Shown: positions 12,071-25,500 of the stretch, in pieces
How positions within the stretch are numbered: the first letter of the stretch is position 1
Layout: each line of letters opens with the position of its first letter
NCBI GenBank assembly: GCA_030704615.1
Contig: CM060731.1
Span: forward strand, 13,578,001 to 13,642,000
From: Takakia lepidozioides
Taxonomy: Eukaryota; Plantae; Bryophyta
DNA: 64,000 nucleotides
Reading direction: 5' to 3'
Program-made: the position numbers and the translations under genes
The notes under the pieces: model-generated
Told to the model about the DNA's origin: nothing
The model's input: only the letters and a program-made list of their open reading frames with translations
The model's database searches: none

Positions 12071-13795
12071 TCATGTCCGAAAGCCCATCACAACCACATT
12101 GCCCTCATGAGTCTCCATGAAACAGCTCCCGGATCTGAAAGTTACCTGATAACCTTGATCCTCCATCTTGCTGACTGATAGTAGTTTCTTCTGGAGTCCC
12201 TCAACATGTAGAACCTCCATGATGTTCTTGCAGACCCCACTCGGCAGCTTGAAGGGAATAGTACCCTTACCCTTGATCTGAAGAGCACTGTCATCACCAA
12301 GATACACCTTTCTGTCACCTGGAAGGTCTTCGTAGGTAGAAAACCATTTTTTGTGTGATGTCATGTGCTGAGAAGCACCAAAGTCGATGTACCAAGTATC
12401 ATCACTCGGAGCTGCAGACAAGGCAGTTGCAAACAACTCACTGTTGTCACTAGCACCCTCCACGTGATTGGCTTCAGGTGCAGATCTCTTGAGTTTGTCA
12501 GCCTTCTTATCAGCTTCCTTCTTTCGACATTCACTAGCATGGTGATTCGGTAGAAACACTTCCCCTTCTTCTTCTTCCCCTTCTCCTGGGTGGATGTACC
12601 AGAGGTAGAGACAGAGTGCTTGCACTTGTGCCCTGTGTTGAGCGCAATATCTGACAGAATAACAACAACAAGACCCTTCTGAAGCGATTCCTCCTGGAGA
12701 AGCACTCCAACAACTAACTCCATGGACAGATCAGTAATAGGACGAGTTCCAAGGGATACCACAACAAACTCAAATGTTGGAGTCAAACTCACCATCGATG
12801 TCATGCATGTGTCTAACTCTGAAATCTCTGACCCTGTCGCTGCAATATGATCTAGTAAAGTTCGCATCTTGGCTATGTGAAAAGCAATGGAATCTCCCTC
12901 ACTCATCTTAAGAGTGAAAAATTATTGTCGCAACTGCAACAACGCATTTCCAAGGCTTGGGCTCATACATCCTGACTAGGAATTCCCAAGATTCACAAGA
13001 TATCTCATGCTTACTCAGTTGCCCAAACAAGGAATCACTCACATGCAAAGAAATAGTTGCAAGAGCTATCTGATCAAGAGATCCTCCCACTGATCTAATG
13101 CATCAACATCTAGTTTTGATGGTTTCTTATGTTTGCCAGACACAACCTTCCATGTGCCCTCTCTAACAAGAACCATTCGCATTTTGTCCTTCCAGATATG
13201 AAACACGTTTCCATCGAACTTTGCAATAGCATGATAACTAAGATGTTGAGAAGACATTTCAAATCTACACAGACCAAGCTAATCAAGTATAGTGATGTCC
13301 TACTTCTCTCAGACTCAAAGAGATATGGATACAAGTGTATAGAAATAAGAACTTCATAGTACCACCAAAGAAACAACTATACAACACAGATCTTTGCTCT
13401 AGCAAGTACTTTCTCTCTTGCTAATCAATCCCACTTCTAGAAATAAGAATGAAACTAGATCTCTCAATCCTGTAAAGAATTCTACAGAGAAACCCACTCT
13501 GATACCATGTCAAGAAAACACACACATACTTATGAAGATGCAGGGATGAAACAATACATGACTCTATTACAAAGGAGCTCTCCTCCCAACCATAGAGGTC
13601 TGCACAAAGACACAAAGATCGTTTGCCTCTCCCCTGAGCCTAATATATATACCTACTAGATGTCTCCCACCGAGAGATGTCTATTCCCTCAAGGCTTACC
13701 TAATAGCTATTCTAAGCCGGATCTATTCTAAGTATCTAGAATATCCAATAGCTATTCTAAGCCGTATCTTTTCTAGGTATCAAGAATATCTAACA
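12071..13795 (-). mobile_element. Truncated Ty1/Copia LTR retrotransposon (5' LTR, PBS, decayed gag-protease)
   Basis: LTR TGTTAG...TGACA at 13795-13508, followed directly by the Met-i PBS TGGTATCAGAG (13507-13497). Gag N-terminus AKFDGNVFHIWKDKMRMVL, degenerate zinc knuckle, and protease WYIDFGASQHMT followed by VYLGDDSALQIKGKGTI..VLHVEGLQKKLLSVSKM. Several frameshifts; no integrase, RT or 3' LTR. Confidence 0.9.
13508..13795 (-). repeat. Copia 5' LTR, 288 bp
   Basis: TG...CA ends, adjacent PBS, TATA-like tatatata, and an internal ~45-bp duplication (aatagctattctaagccg...gaatatc). Confidence 0.85.
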
Positions 13796-16700
13796 GATGA
13801 TGAGTTGAACCCAAAAGTTCATCCATCCTAATTCTAACAGTATAGACGAGTTTGCATCAACTCTGAGAACCGGGAGCGTGAAATCTCAGATGCAGCGACC
13901 ACATGACACGATGATAGATAATGGTGAGGATTCATCTGAGTTCCTTGCGGACGTGATTGCACGGGCAAAGATTGTAATGATGAAGGATTCATCGAAATTC
14001 CGTATAGACTGCGTGGGCTTTTTGATCAGGCTGACATTGCAGCGGTTTCTCGCAATCCAGGATTTAGGGTTCAGCAATATGGCCTGGTCGATTTCATAAA
14101 TTGCTTAAGTTAGAATCCCCAAGACCTCCCTGCAGCTCCAACCCATTGTTTGATTTTAGCCATGTGATGGTCCACATTTGTTATCTGGAACATGATTTGA
14201 ATGGAGATGCTTTCCAAACTCGACAAGTCCGAAGCAGCCATTCTTTTAGTGGCGAATAATTGCCAGATTTCGACCTCAAAAAGTAAAATCGAATATTCTG
14301 TCGCAAATCCACTGTTTTCTCATGGATGAAATCGCCAAATTTCTCCAAATACAAAATAAATTATGGATGAATTCGCCAAATATGGATGATATAATGGATG
14401 ATGGCACATAGATGGATGAATTATAGTGGATGAACAGAATAAATGGCGGCAAAACTCTGTAGCCGCTCGTGCTGTTTTCCAAATTTCTTAAGAAAAACAG
14501 TGGTCCGAAGTCAATGAAGAAGAGGTCCATTGACGGAGATGAAGCATGTATGTATACGTGTCCGTGGATATGAAAAATTCAGACATTTCAATGGAGATTT
14601 GATTCCTTTTTTATACCTAAACATTTTGGGTCATCAGTTTTTTGTTTTCATTTTTCAAGCTCTTGCAGAATGTGGATGATATCCATGTAAGAGAACCCAA
14701 CTGATGTGGGCTGCCCTAAATTGACATCTACGACACAAGATCATACCCTCAAGACGCCGGGGAAAAAGTAGAGGCTGCCAGGAGAGACGGTAGCAGAGGT
14801 CCCTACTTTGTGTACCCGGGGAGTAGGAACTAGGAACATGTCAACCACACAAGCCCATCAGAGCTAAGATTGATATATATACAAATGTAAAATTAAATCA
14901 AGTTGATCAGATTTTTAACAGTTGTGGAAAGTCGAGCTGAAATTTGACTGCAGGATGGATATCGTTTGAAACAAGGTAATTATTAAAGTGAGAGATTGTA
15001 ATTGAAGAGTGTATCGATCACATCCGCAGTGCGCGTGCACACCAGAATCAAACAAAGCAAGAACTGCTGTACACTGAAGTATCCGGTTGGAGGTTTTCCG
15101 TGTCAGTCGGGCCATTTTATCTGAAGTGGGCATTTTCTCACATCATCAAAACATGCTGCACAGCCAACGAGCTTGCATGAGAAAGTCGTAAAAGGTGCGC
15201 AGCTTAAAGACAAATTAGAGAGAACAGACCATTCACTTAAACAATCTCAGACACAGGTCGCAGACCCCTGAGCGTTACCATTCAGAGCTGCACTTTGTGC
15301 ACGCCGAAGTTTGAAAATTTCACAGTTTCGCTGGGTCTGGACAGCATTTGAAGTAAAATTGTATGAGGGGCTCGTAAGTAATGCATGTTAAGCTTGCATT
15401 CATAGAGACGCCCATATTTCCCCAAGCACGATGTGATCCATGATAGGAGCCATGATACACTACATACCCGATTGCTTTGCTTCTATATAATCCAAATACA
15501 GCTCAAAATGTTCGCTGATATTTTGCCATGGTTTGGATAGACAGTCATGGTACGCTAGTCCCGATTTCTCAGTAGGAAATGCTTCATCAAGAAGCTGACT
15601 CAGACGAGGGAATTTTGAGATCATGTCAGCCTAAGTCGACATTATCCATCATCGTGTCATATATATGTATTATCATAGTGGGTACATTGAGTCGTTTCTG
15701 CTCGCGTCTCTGCAGCTGGGAGCTGACGCTCCTGCATGTGGGTGCAGTAGGATTTCCGGAGTACTTCTGCAAACGCCGTTATGGTCTGGAGAAACGTATG
15801 TTCAATGTCTTGAACATTGCGTCGAATATGTTTACTCTTAAGTATTTATGGTCATTAGGAATAGCCCATAACAGAAACCTACTATCACTATACTGAAGAT
15901 TTAAGATGCCGATTATACTTTTCCCGGACCTGGAGATCAATCTTAGCGGCAGTAGTGAGGCGGTGATGTAAGACGTGGAAGAATAGAGAACCAAGTAGAT
16001 CGTTGCAGGGACACCATGAGCTGCTCCACTTTGTAGCACCATGGACATAGTCCATCCGAGACAGGGATGTAGATTCTCTTGAACCGTCCCATTGTCGGGA
16101 CAAGCATCAATTGGTATAAAGTGATGACATCTAAAGTGCCCATATGGAAGAACAAGACGATCAGATCGGAACCTGGTCAACGCTGCTCTCTGAGGGCTGC
16201 GACGCACGGAAGAGAGTATGTTTTTGGAGTGCGATACTATTGTTTTGATACGATTGAACTGAACGTCACGTCGACGCCTCAGCCCAGACCCACTCCGCGC
16301 TGCAACAATATGAGTAGCTGATCATCTTAGAGAACTGATCATCTTACAGATTCCTAACCCTGCTGGTGCCAGAAAGTATACAAGAGAGTACTCACTACTC
16401 ATAAGCTTTGCAACGGGAGCTACATAAACTGCGTGCAACTCCACAAAATGGTCATAGAGTAGTCATTGCTCATATCGCGGTATAGACTGCAATCTCAACT
16501 GTGAAGTGGGAGTCCACAGAAATTCAACAATTCGTGTCGAGCAGGAATGGTTGATTGGTTGTGCTTATTTGGTACTCTGCTATAGATCCCTCCTATTTAA
16601 TCAAGCACCTTCTCCAAATTACATTTCCCTTTGAAACCCAGTGCTTTGACAGGAAGGAGGCTAGGATATTCCAGAGTCGGAAAATTAGATTCACAAAGAA

Positions 16701-17362
16701 GCTCACAAAAAAGTCGAATCATAGCTACCATCTATCACTCAAACACTCCGGTATAATGATCCCCATAGCCTATTACCATGAGCCTTGACATACATTGACT
16801 ATATTTAAATTCTAACCAAAAAAAATTACTATCACCGAAAATCAAACCTTGTCTGCATTGGCCAGAGGGAATTCACCCACAATGGCAGCAACACAAATCC
16901 TTCCTCTTCAGCTTCCCGGAGTACCTGTCTGATACCAACTGGAAGCATATCAAAGGGAATTCGAAATCACGACTGCTCTTCCACAGATAGATCTATCTGC
17001 TCGCTCTCTCTGCTTCGAAGCTAGGCTCCCGTATCTCTCTCCCAACTCGTCTGCTTACCCTCTCATTTCTTTCTCATTCTCTCTGTTGCTGTTTCAGTTG
17101 CCTCGGCGCTAGTATTGATCTGCACTGTGCAGGTCGCTCAGGGTACACATCATCTACCTTCACGTTTGCGATCCTCTCTTTTGCCCTAGGCCTAGTTCAT
17201 CGTTCGGCGTTCGCTGGATTATCCTTCACGTCCCTCGTGAGCCTGTACCTCATGGCTGCCTTCGCGCATCAAGGGTTGTAACTTTTTCCCCTTCAATAAT
17301 TATGAATAAAGTTCTTAAGGGCTACCTCCCCTTTTTTTAAAGAAAAGACACCTGTTTACATA

Positions 17363-18490
17363 CTACGGATGGCATGCACCTATGCAGAACTTTCCTGTCG
17401 TCGCACTGTGCGAGTACACACCTAGCCCGAGTGGCCTCCTATCAAACAACCACGATTCTTTACGAAAATTAAACACCAATGTCATATCTGACTCGCCATA
17501 GGCCACAAAGACTAGGTGATCGCCGCACCCAAACACATCCCAGAGCCAATCGCCAATATAACTTGTGCGTAACTTATTCAAGACCTTGTCAGGAACTCTG
17601 GGAAGCTTCCTCCATTTTTGAGTGGACGGATTAGACTCCCACAAATCTGGTATCAAACGATGATAACATTGACAACGATGTGGGAGAACCGGGTAAACCG
17701 AACCAGCGTCAAATGGCCTCGACTCGAGACCACGAAGTGTTCAAATATCCACCAAGGGCCCTCTAAGTCACGGGGGAATAGTGTTGTGGTAAACTTGGCC
17801 CATACTGCAGTGTGGATGTCATAAGTAAAGAGTATCCCGTCCAGTGTCAAGGCATAAAACTTTCTACCACACCTCACAAGGCGCATCCTCAGAGAATCAG
17901 TAGGCGTGCCTTGCCTCTTCCACGAGTTGGAGACAGTCGTACACCACCAAAAACTCTTTCATAATCCATAAACACAATTTATAGTTTCCACTGCTGTTAT
18001 CCACAACTAACGTCTCGAAATCATATAAGTCGAAATTGCATCGGGCAGGCACCCTAGGCAATTGTCTCCAGCACTTCAAGATCGGATTGAACACGGTGTA
18101 GTAGGCACGCTCAATGTTATAATCATAGCCAGAAGTTGATTTGATACAAAATAGACCTTCATCTGCAGAAACTAATAAGTGATGTGGAGAGGTCACAGGA
18201 AAATGAGGTGCTAGGAAAGAGAGGTCCAGCGTGTGTGTCTGTCTCCTCAAATGATCAATAAACTTCATTACACGTAAAACCGGGTCCGTAGGCAAGAAAA
18301 AAATGAATAAAGGTTCCATTTGATCAAGACTCAGTTTGTTACGGAGATGCATAAAACCCGAGGTTGTGGACAAGGATTGCCACCGCTTGCACACCATCTG
18401 TAAGCGACACAGATCTGCACAAAGTAAGTATGTCAAAATTTTGTCCAACAAATCACACGGCAGCCTGCTCCATGGGCTCTCTTGTATCAT
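17363..18490 (-). pseudogene. Intronless F-box gene with a beta-propeller/kelch-like C-terminus and two frameshifts
   Basis: F-box WSRLPCDLLDKILTYLLCADLCRLQMVCKRWQSL, then SADEGLFC and VFNPILKCWRQLP. After LVVYDC the sequence continues in a shifted frame (SNSWKRQ..MRLVRCG, near 17933), and shifts again near 17655 (LWESNPSTQKWRKL..LVFNFRKESW). Confidence 0.8.
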
Positions 18491-21400
18491 GGTTTAGCCG
18501 ATCTAGACAACCACCAGCCCTCTGGGTACTACTTAGTCCCATGGAGGCCTCAAAGTGAAAACTTGTGGAGGGATCAACCACAATTATAACTCCCTTTGGT
18601 GGCATCACATCAATTTAGTCCTGATTAAGATTTCTTTAATTGGATAAACACACTTTTGAAGACTTTTTGAATGACTAAAGTTATGCAAACACCAAACTTG
18701 GCTCTTCTTTTCTTATCTTGTAGCTAGCTGCGGCGATTGTTCTTTTGGCTCTCCTAATTCATGAGTGCACTCGTATGAATTAGTTGCTGACGTGACCTTG
18801 AGCTCGTATTGGGCCTCCAGAGTATGTACAAAGTCAACGTTATGAGCACTCCTAACGTTGACTTTGTACATACTCTTAGAATTAGGTAGAGCTATAAGGT
18901 GTAAGGTCTCACTGAAAGTACCTCGTAGTTCATCAATTGTGGACACTAAATTGGGTTATGTTCAATTGATCAACTAGTAACAAAACTGGAAGATAACATA
19001 GTACTTGCGGATTCAGTAAGGGGCGTAAGTAGAGAGACAGACCCGACATGAGAATTTTCAATAGAATCTACGATCATGAATAGATTCTGGGTGCAACGCA
19101 GAATTTCGGTTCTAGATAGACATGTGATTTTGCTCAAGACATTGAAAGATGGTCCAGATATAAGAATATGTGCTATACACTATTATTTGCATGTACGTTG
19201 CATGTTTCGAACTTCGAAGTTCTGTTGACAGTCACACTCAAAAACTAAGTGTTATATCTAGAGTCACTGAAGATTTTGCAAATGCGTTAGAGAGGACTGC
19301 AACAAACTTGCAGATGAAGGACTCCACCTAACCCTGATCAGAGTGTGGTGGATTGTATGAGAAAGTGGTAAAAGGTCTGCAGCTTAAAGACAAATTAGAG
19401 AGAACCAACCTTTCACTATCTCAGACGCATGAATAGATGTTCAGTGTGTCCATGAATGTCTAGAACAAGGAAGCTCTCTGTGTTCTAGATTGAAGGCACT
19501 GCTTCATCGTCATTGTGGGCAAGAAATTCGGTGACTCGCTGGTGCGTGCAAATCCTGCAAAAGGCTGACGTCCTATTACCCTCCAGGATTATATTAGAAG
19601 TGAAAACATACATCCCAAATTAAGATCAGGTCTGCATGTGAGGGCTGAATCTGCTCCTCGAAAATCCAACTTTATTCGTCATGATTGTCTTGCGTAAGTT
19701 CCACAACTTAGAGGTGTTCCGAGGAATCTAAACTGTGCTACTCTTGAAAAGCTATGTTATCTTACCTGGCAGGCATGTTCCTGCTTCTGACTTGGACCTG
19801 GTTCTATGCTCGTTCTATGTTATGGAAAGTGTTGTACACCTAACTTACCCGAACGCAGCTTCGACGCTGAAACTAAACTGCATATAGGTAAGCTGTCGCT
19901 AAGCTGGCTGTTTGTATGAGAATATGTAATAGCGACACCCCATGTACTCATCTCTACGCCAAAGAAATCCTGCAGTCAGTAGTTAACAAAAAAGCCGATT
20001 GACTCATGTGGGCAGAGGTGACCCAAGTCGGAACTCATTCGGAACTGCAGATTGTAAGACGATATCATGTGACCATCCCATTTCCTGTGTACCCAATCCA
20101 TAACATATGAGCATCCTTTCTTGACTCCTCAATAGGAAGATAAAGATTGACTACTAAGAGGGAACTAGAAACTGCCTGAGGAAGTGGAAAGAGAGAGGGT
20201 CACATAGAATGAGAGAACGAAGAGAGGTAGCTTTGCAGGTCGAAGAGTTCAAGTTGCAAGAGGCGACCAATTGCAATTTGAATTTAAACCTGGACAAACC
20301 TGACCTTGCCGTTCGCCTAACGGTCATCTGCCCTCAGCAGCCCGAGAAAACAAATTTTCTTCGGGCTGGTGATGTTGTTCATCTGCCCTATCTGCCCCCT
20401 CGTTTGAACCTCTCCGCACTCTCCGCACTGGCAACGTTTGGAAGGCATTGCAGCCGTTTCTCGCAATCCAGCATTCATTCAGCAATGGGGCTGGTCGATT
20501 CTCACTGCTTGACGGATGGCTGCCTCATAAAATGCTCAGAGTCTACAGGGCCTCCCTGCAGCTCCAACCCATTGTTTGATTTTAGCCACGTGACGGTCCA
20601 CAGGTCAGAACGTCAGAACATGATTTGAATGGAGCTGCTTTCCAGATTTGAAGAGTCCGAAGAAGAAGCTGGTGAAGAAGTACAATGACGGAGATGAAGC
20701 GGCATAAGGATAGGCTAAAACCACTAATTTGCATCAATTGGATGAATGGCGAAGCACAGTCACAGGTTTGCCATAGCCCGAAACTGTTCGATGTGGATCA
20801 CACTAGTCCTCTCCATCTTCACCCTGTTCTGCCCACCCACCTCGCATCCGTCTCTTTCAGCGATCTCACACAGCGATGGAGTTCCAGCCAGCTTTGGAGC
20901 TCCAACGTTCCTCTGTCACCCCTGTAGAAATCCACCGCGAGCAAGTGGTGCCTATGGACCTGAAGGTCTTTCTAGTTCCCCTTGGAAAAAGAACTTGTGC
21001 TGTGCCAATAAGCCTTACACCTGAAAGAGTGCGAGTGTTGTATAATAGGTATAGGAGGTGGCTAAGGGAACTCAAATACATGGAAGATTGCATGACAGAG
21101 GACATGAACGAGGGAAAAATAGGCTTGCCTGGACCCCTCCTCCCTACGCTCCCTGGGAGTGGTGGATTTTGAGCCTGGGCAAACTGCAGGCACAGTTCGT
21201 CGCAATCGTTGCCATCCAAAGCTAGCTACAGTAACTTGTTGGAGACTCACTACTTTTGCCATGAATGCTCAGGGAATACCTGAGAAGTCCACAACTAGGC
21301 AGCTCTCCTAGATTCTGTCATGTAATTTCCAATCCCAAAACTGTATCTGCCAGAAATCAGTTGATCAGCCCAGCCAGACTTAGCACACCTGCAGGTAGTC

Positions 21401-22559
21401 TACTTTCCATTTGTAACTCCTATGCATGTACACGACAGTGGCCACAACAGCCAAACAGTTATTGACAAATGTTTTCCCTTAGCATGGGGCCAGGGTACTG
21501 ATGAGTTTCCAGTAACTCTCCCATCTCTGACTTGGATTAATAAACTAGCACTATTACATGCTAAAATCTTCTAATATAAAGGCAACTCATTCATTCTCTG
21601 GATGTTGCAGTCCAGGATGGTTTCAATCTGTGCATAGCTCTTTCTAATTTGACATCAACCAAAGCCGAATGATCGCATGTCTCATCCAACCCACCTGATC
21701 AGCAACTTCATAAAAGCCAAAACTGTAGCCATCAAGAGCATAGGACTAGCTGATTGGCCAACAGAAGAAGTGGCTTCAACCCCTCTTTCAACAGGCCGCT
21801 CGGTGTTAGAGGAAATTTCCTAGTTTCAGGCCAACTGGAACATCATCACTTTGAAGCCTGCAGACAAGTACTTTGTAAACCTCTACCCGACTGGCGAAAG
21901 AATATTAGACTCATAGTAGAGGAGACAGTGCAGATGATTTATCGCATGTCGGAGCTCGGAAGCAGTTGATCTCCAGGCCTTCAATAAGATCCCCCAAGAA
22001 AATGGTGCAAACCAACCTGTTTGAGAGGTGAGTTGGGAAGGAAGCACTTTCTAACCAGTGCAATCTGATAAATCTTTCTGAAATCAGTTACCCCATTTGT
22101 GAAGGGCATCTAGGCATGTGGAATTGCACCAGCTACAGTGTGCTGCCATCCCCAGTGGTTCAGGTAGCAGTAGAAAGACTGCAAAGTTCAAAGAGATTTC
22201 CATTTCAGACCTTGCAAACATGTCTACAAAGAAAGACAGATGCAGCCTTAGGCTTTTATTGATGGGCATTAATATCACCCTATCACATGAATCTCAAATC
22301 TATTGCTACATTTAGCCAACCCATGGCAGCTGCACCAATTCGCAAGACTCGTTTTTCCTTTAACCAGAACAAGTTGTCTGCCCTCGGCCTTGTACTAGAG
22401 CTCTTCCACTAAGGGAATCGATGATCGTATATACCCCTTTGAGTGCTCACAGGTGAAGATATAAACAGCTTCAGTTAAGTTGGTGGCGGGGGCGAGAGCA
22501 CATAGACAAATATGGACGGGGCAGATAAAAGTGGGGCAGGGGTTCCTGTGAGTTGAACA

Positions 22560-25500
22560 TCAAGTGGTATGAGTCTGAGCTATAGGAATATCTACACCAA
22601 AGAGAATGTTTGATGGCACAGGGATAAGGGCTGTGATTTGAGACTTGACCATCCCAAGCTGCTGTTCTATCTCTTTGTAAATACAGTGGTTTTGGGCTGA
22701 TCTTGGCCTCAGATTCACCAACACCGAATCCAAAGTCTGATTCACATCTGATGTTGAAAATGTTCTGTCTGACAAAGTCTGCAATACCCCACCAAATAAA
22801 TAAAAGTCAGCACGGTCACCTTCATCACAACAATTTCACCCAGTCTCTTAAGTTCCAGGTCAGGTCTTGATCTACTCTGACACTCCTGCAATAACTTCTC
22901 GTACTCTTACGTGAATCACTGATTTAAAAAACAGGTTTGTATTCAGTAAAGAAAACTGTGCTTGGATAGTGACAACGGGTAAGCAGAATGGTGACAGTTA
23001 CTGTTGGCAGTCAGATAGTCACTCCTTGTATCATCCACATGCACAACATAATGAGGCAGCACACTGCTGGCCAGCATCAACCTGTGCATTCATCTTTGTA
23101 ACCACCCCTCCGACATGTCTTATGCAGCATCTGCTGTTGCTGCCATTATGTGGAGAGCACAGAAGACTGCATACTTGAACCCAGCCTACTGGATACCATG
23201 CACTGGTCACTAGGTACTTCCCAGTGCTACCGCACCACCTACCTCACCTAACAGCCCTACACTGGGTGCAAATGTACTGAGCTTCTGTCACCTTTCTGGA
23301 ATGGATGTGGGAAGACGAAGCCAAGAAACATTATTACGAGTGTACAAAGAGGATGAAGCAGAAGAAACTCTTGGAAAGCAGCAGACAATGCTTGAAAGCA
23401 AACCAAGCACAGATAAACGATCAAATAACACAATCAATCGAAGACAAGCTCCACTTATAACTCCAATGAACCACTATTGATCATTTTGAATGGACACACG
23501 CTGAAAAGTCATACACATACCTTTTGAGTGAAACGCACAGTTCTTATTTTAAAGAGACAAATCAAGGAAGACCCTATTCTAGAAATACACAATATGGAAG
23601 CAAAAACTGATGAAACAATCTGCCAAAGCACACAGAGATAGTTTATAAGCAACTGTACATACCTGCAACAGAAACAACGTTGCGACACAAGAAGTCATGA
23701 GTTCTGAAAGGAAAGTGCCTTCTTTGTTCGCATCCGTGAGGCAACCTGCCTGACTAAGTTGTTGAACCAAATTATGGGCTGCCACCTCTAGTGTAGTAGA
23801 CCTGGACTCCGGAACACTATCCAGATGTGGTCGTGTAGCCCTAACCGAGCTGACTGCAGTTCTGTTCTCAGGGTCAGCAATCCCATCTGGTACTGGTGCA
23901 GTTGATGGCTGCCCAAGGGATCCAGCCAGCCCTAAAGGTGCTGCTGTCTCTGCGGAAGTGGCAACAGATGGAGTATGTTGCTGTGGCAGCAATGAAGGTC
24001 CACCTCCTTTAGCTAAGGCCTCCAATGCACTTCCAAGTTTGTGAAGAGCATCGTCTCCTTCCTTCACAGCATCCATGGCCTGCATCAAGAAAATTGTCTT
24101 GTCAGAACAACAGCAAGCCATTCAAAACGGGCTTGGTCAGAGAAGAAAAAGGATGAACGGTCCAGTGAGCTTTTGTAAGCTAAGTCTGGGTTTGTCCCAT
24201 ATGCTACAAGACAGCCAATTTTAAGAGCCTGCACTAGTGGGACGGGACACTATTATGTGGCCCGGGGACACAGGAGCACATGAAATGGCTGATTATTCAG
24301 CTTTCCGTACTTGTAACTAACACTCCACCCTTGGTTCTCCTTCTCCCCCCTTGCCACAAATTTTCTGCCTAAATTTTGAACTTCGTCCAATAAAATCCTC
24401 AATGGTGAAGTTCATGTTCCAAGGTTGTCACACATACCTTCACAGCAGTAGACACCATCAGCTCGGCATGCTTCTTGGCCGAAAGAGTTATCTCTCCAAG
24501 GGCAAGACCTTGATCCAATAGCCCAAATCCACCGCTGTCTGCAAGTTCTGAAGTTACACCAGTGAAAACCCCCTGTGGGGACCGGTGCCATGGGGGCACT
24601 GCATTGTCTTGATACTTATTCCGCTGTCGTAACTGGACAAGGGCATTGGAAACCTGTCCCACACGACCCAAATATTTAGCTAGATGAAGTTCAAAATGAG
24701 ATATAGAACACAAGAAGAAAAGAAGCTAGCATAACAGACCACTCAAAACATAAACACATTTCTGGACTCTGTCTCTTTAGATGACCTAAGAGACTTTCAG
24801 GGTTCTGTTCAACAGTTGGGAGGAATCAAGCAAAGACCTGACTGTTGACTTCCTTTATTTGTAGAACGACAGTGGCATATTGACGTTGGAAAGCCTCCGA
24901 GTCCTTCACCCCTTCCGTATCAACCTCCACTTCATCATTCATCTGGCGCAGCTCCATAACCAATGCTATCTGCCAGTATTGGATGGAAAGCAATATCAAG
25001 CAGTGGTTTCACCAGCTTATCAGGCCACTACTATCACTTCATTGGCATTCTCACACCCAACTTGGCAAATGTTTCATCAACTCGGTTCTCTTCCACTACC
25101 ATGGTGTATTATGTCAAATAGAAGCAGTTGATTGGTGCTTGAAATTGGTGTCTCTGTACAAAAGGCCAATAATTTTATATGCAAACAATTTTTCCGCTTA
25201 CCTTCTTTTCAAGTGCACGGGTTACGTCTGCCAGTGCCCGCACATCAGCTTCTCTGGCTTGTGAGTGGCCCATGCCGTATGGTTGACTTAGGATTGCCTT
25301 CTGAGTAGCTGCTGTTGCCTCAAGAGTTGCCGCTTTAGCAAGACGTACAGCATCAATAGAGTCATCCTGCCCAGATGCACGTATCAACCTGCTGCATTAG
25401 ACAATGAAATTCTGGGAACTGGTCAAAGGTGAGAGTAGCAAGCAGAGATTAGTTACTAAGCGTAAGAACAGAAGAGGGACCAGCCTAGGTCCGCTTACCC

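Noticed and set aside
16800-17348. Possible LINE 3' end, or an LTR plus PBS (tggtatcaga on minus at 16928-16937)
   Set aside because: No TSD, second LTR or recognisable coding motif, so it cannot be classified.
20876-21172. 98-aa plus ORF that could be the terminal exon of an unknown gene
   Set aside because: No recognisable domain and no supported upstream exons.
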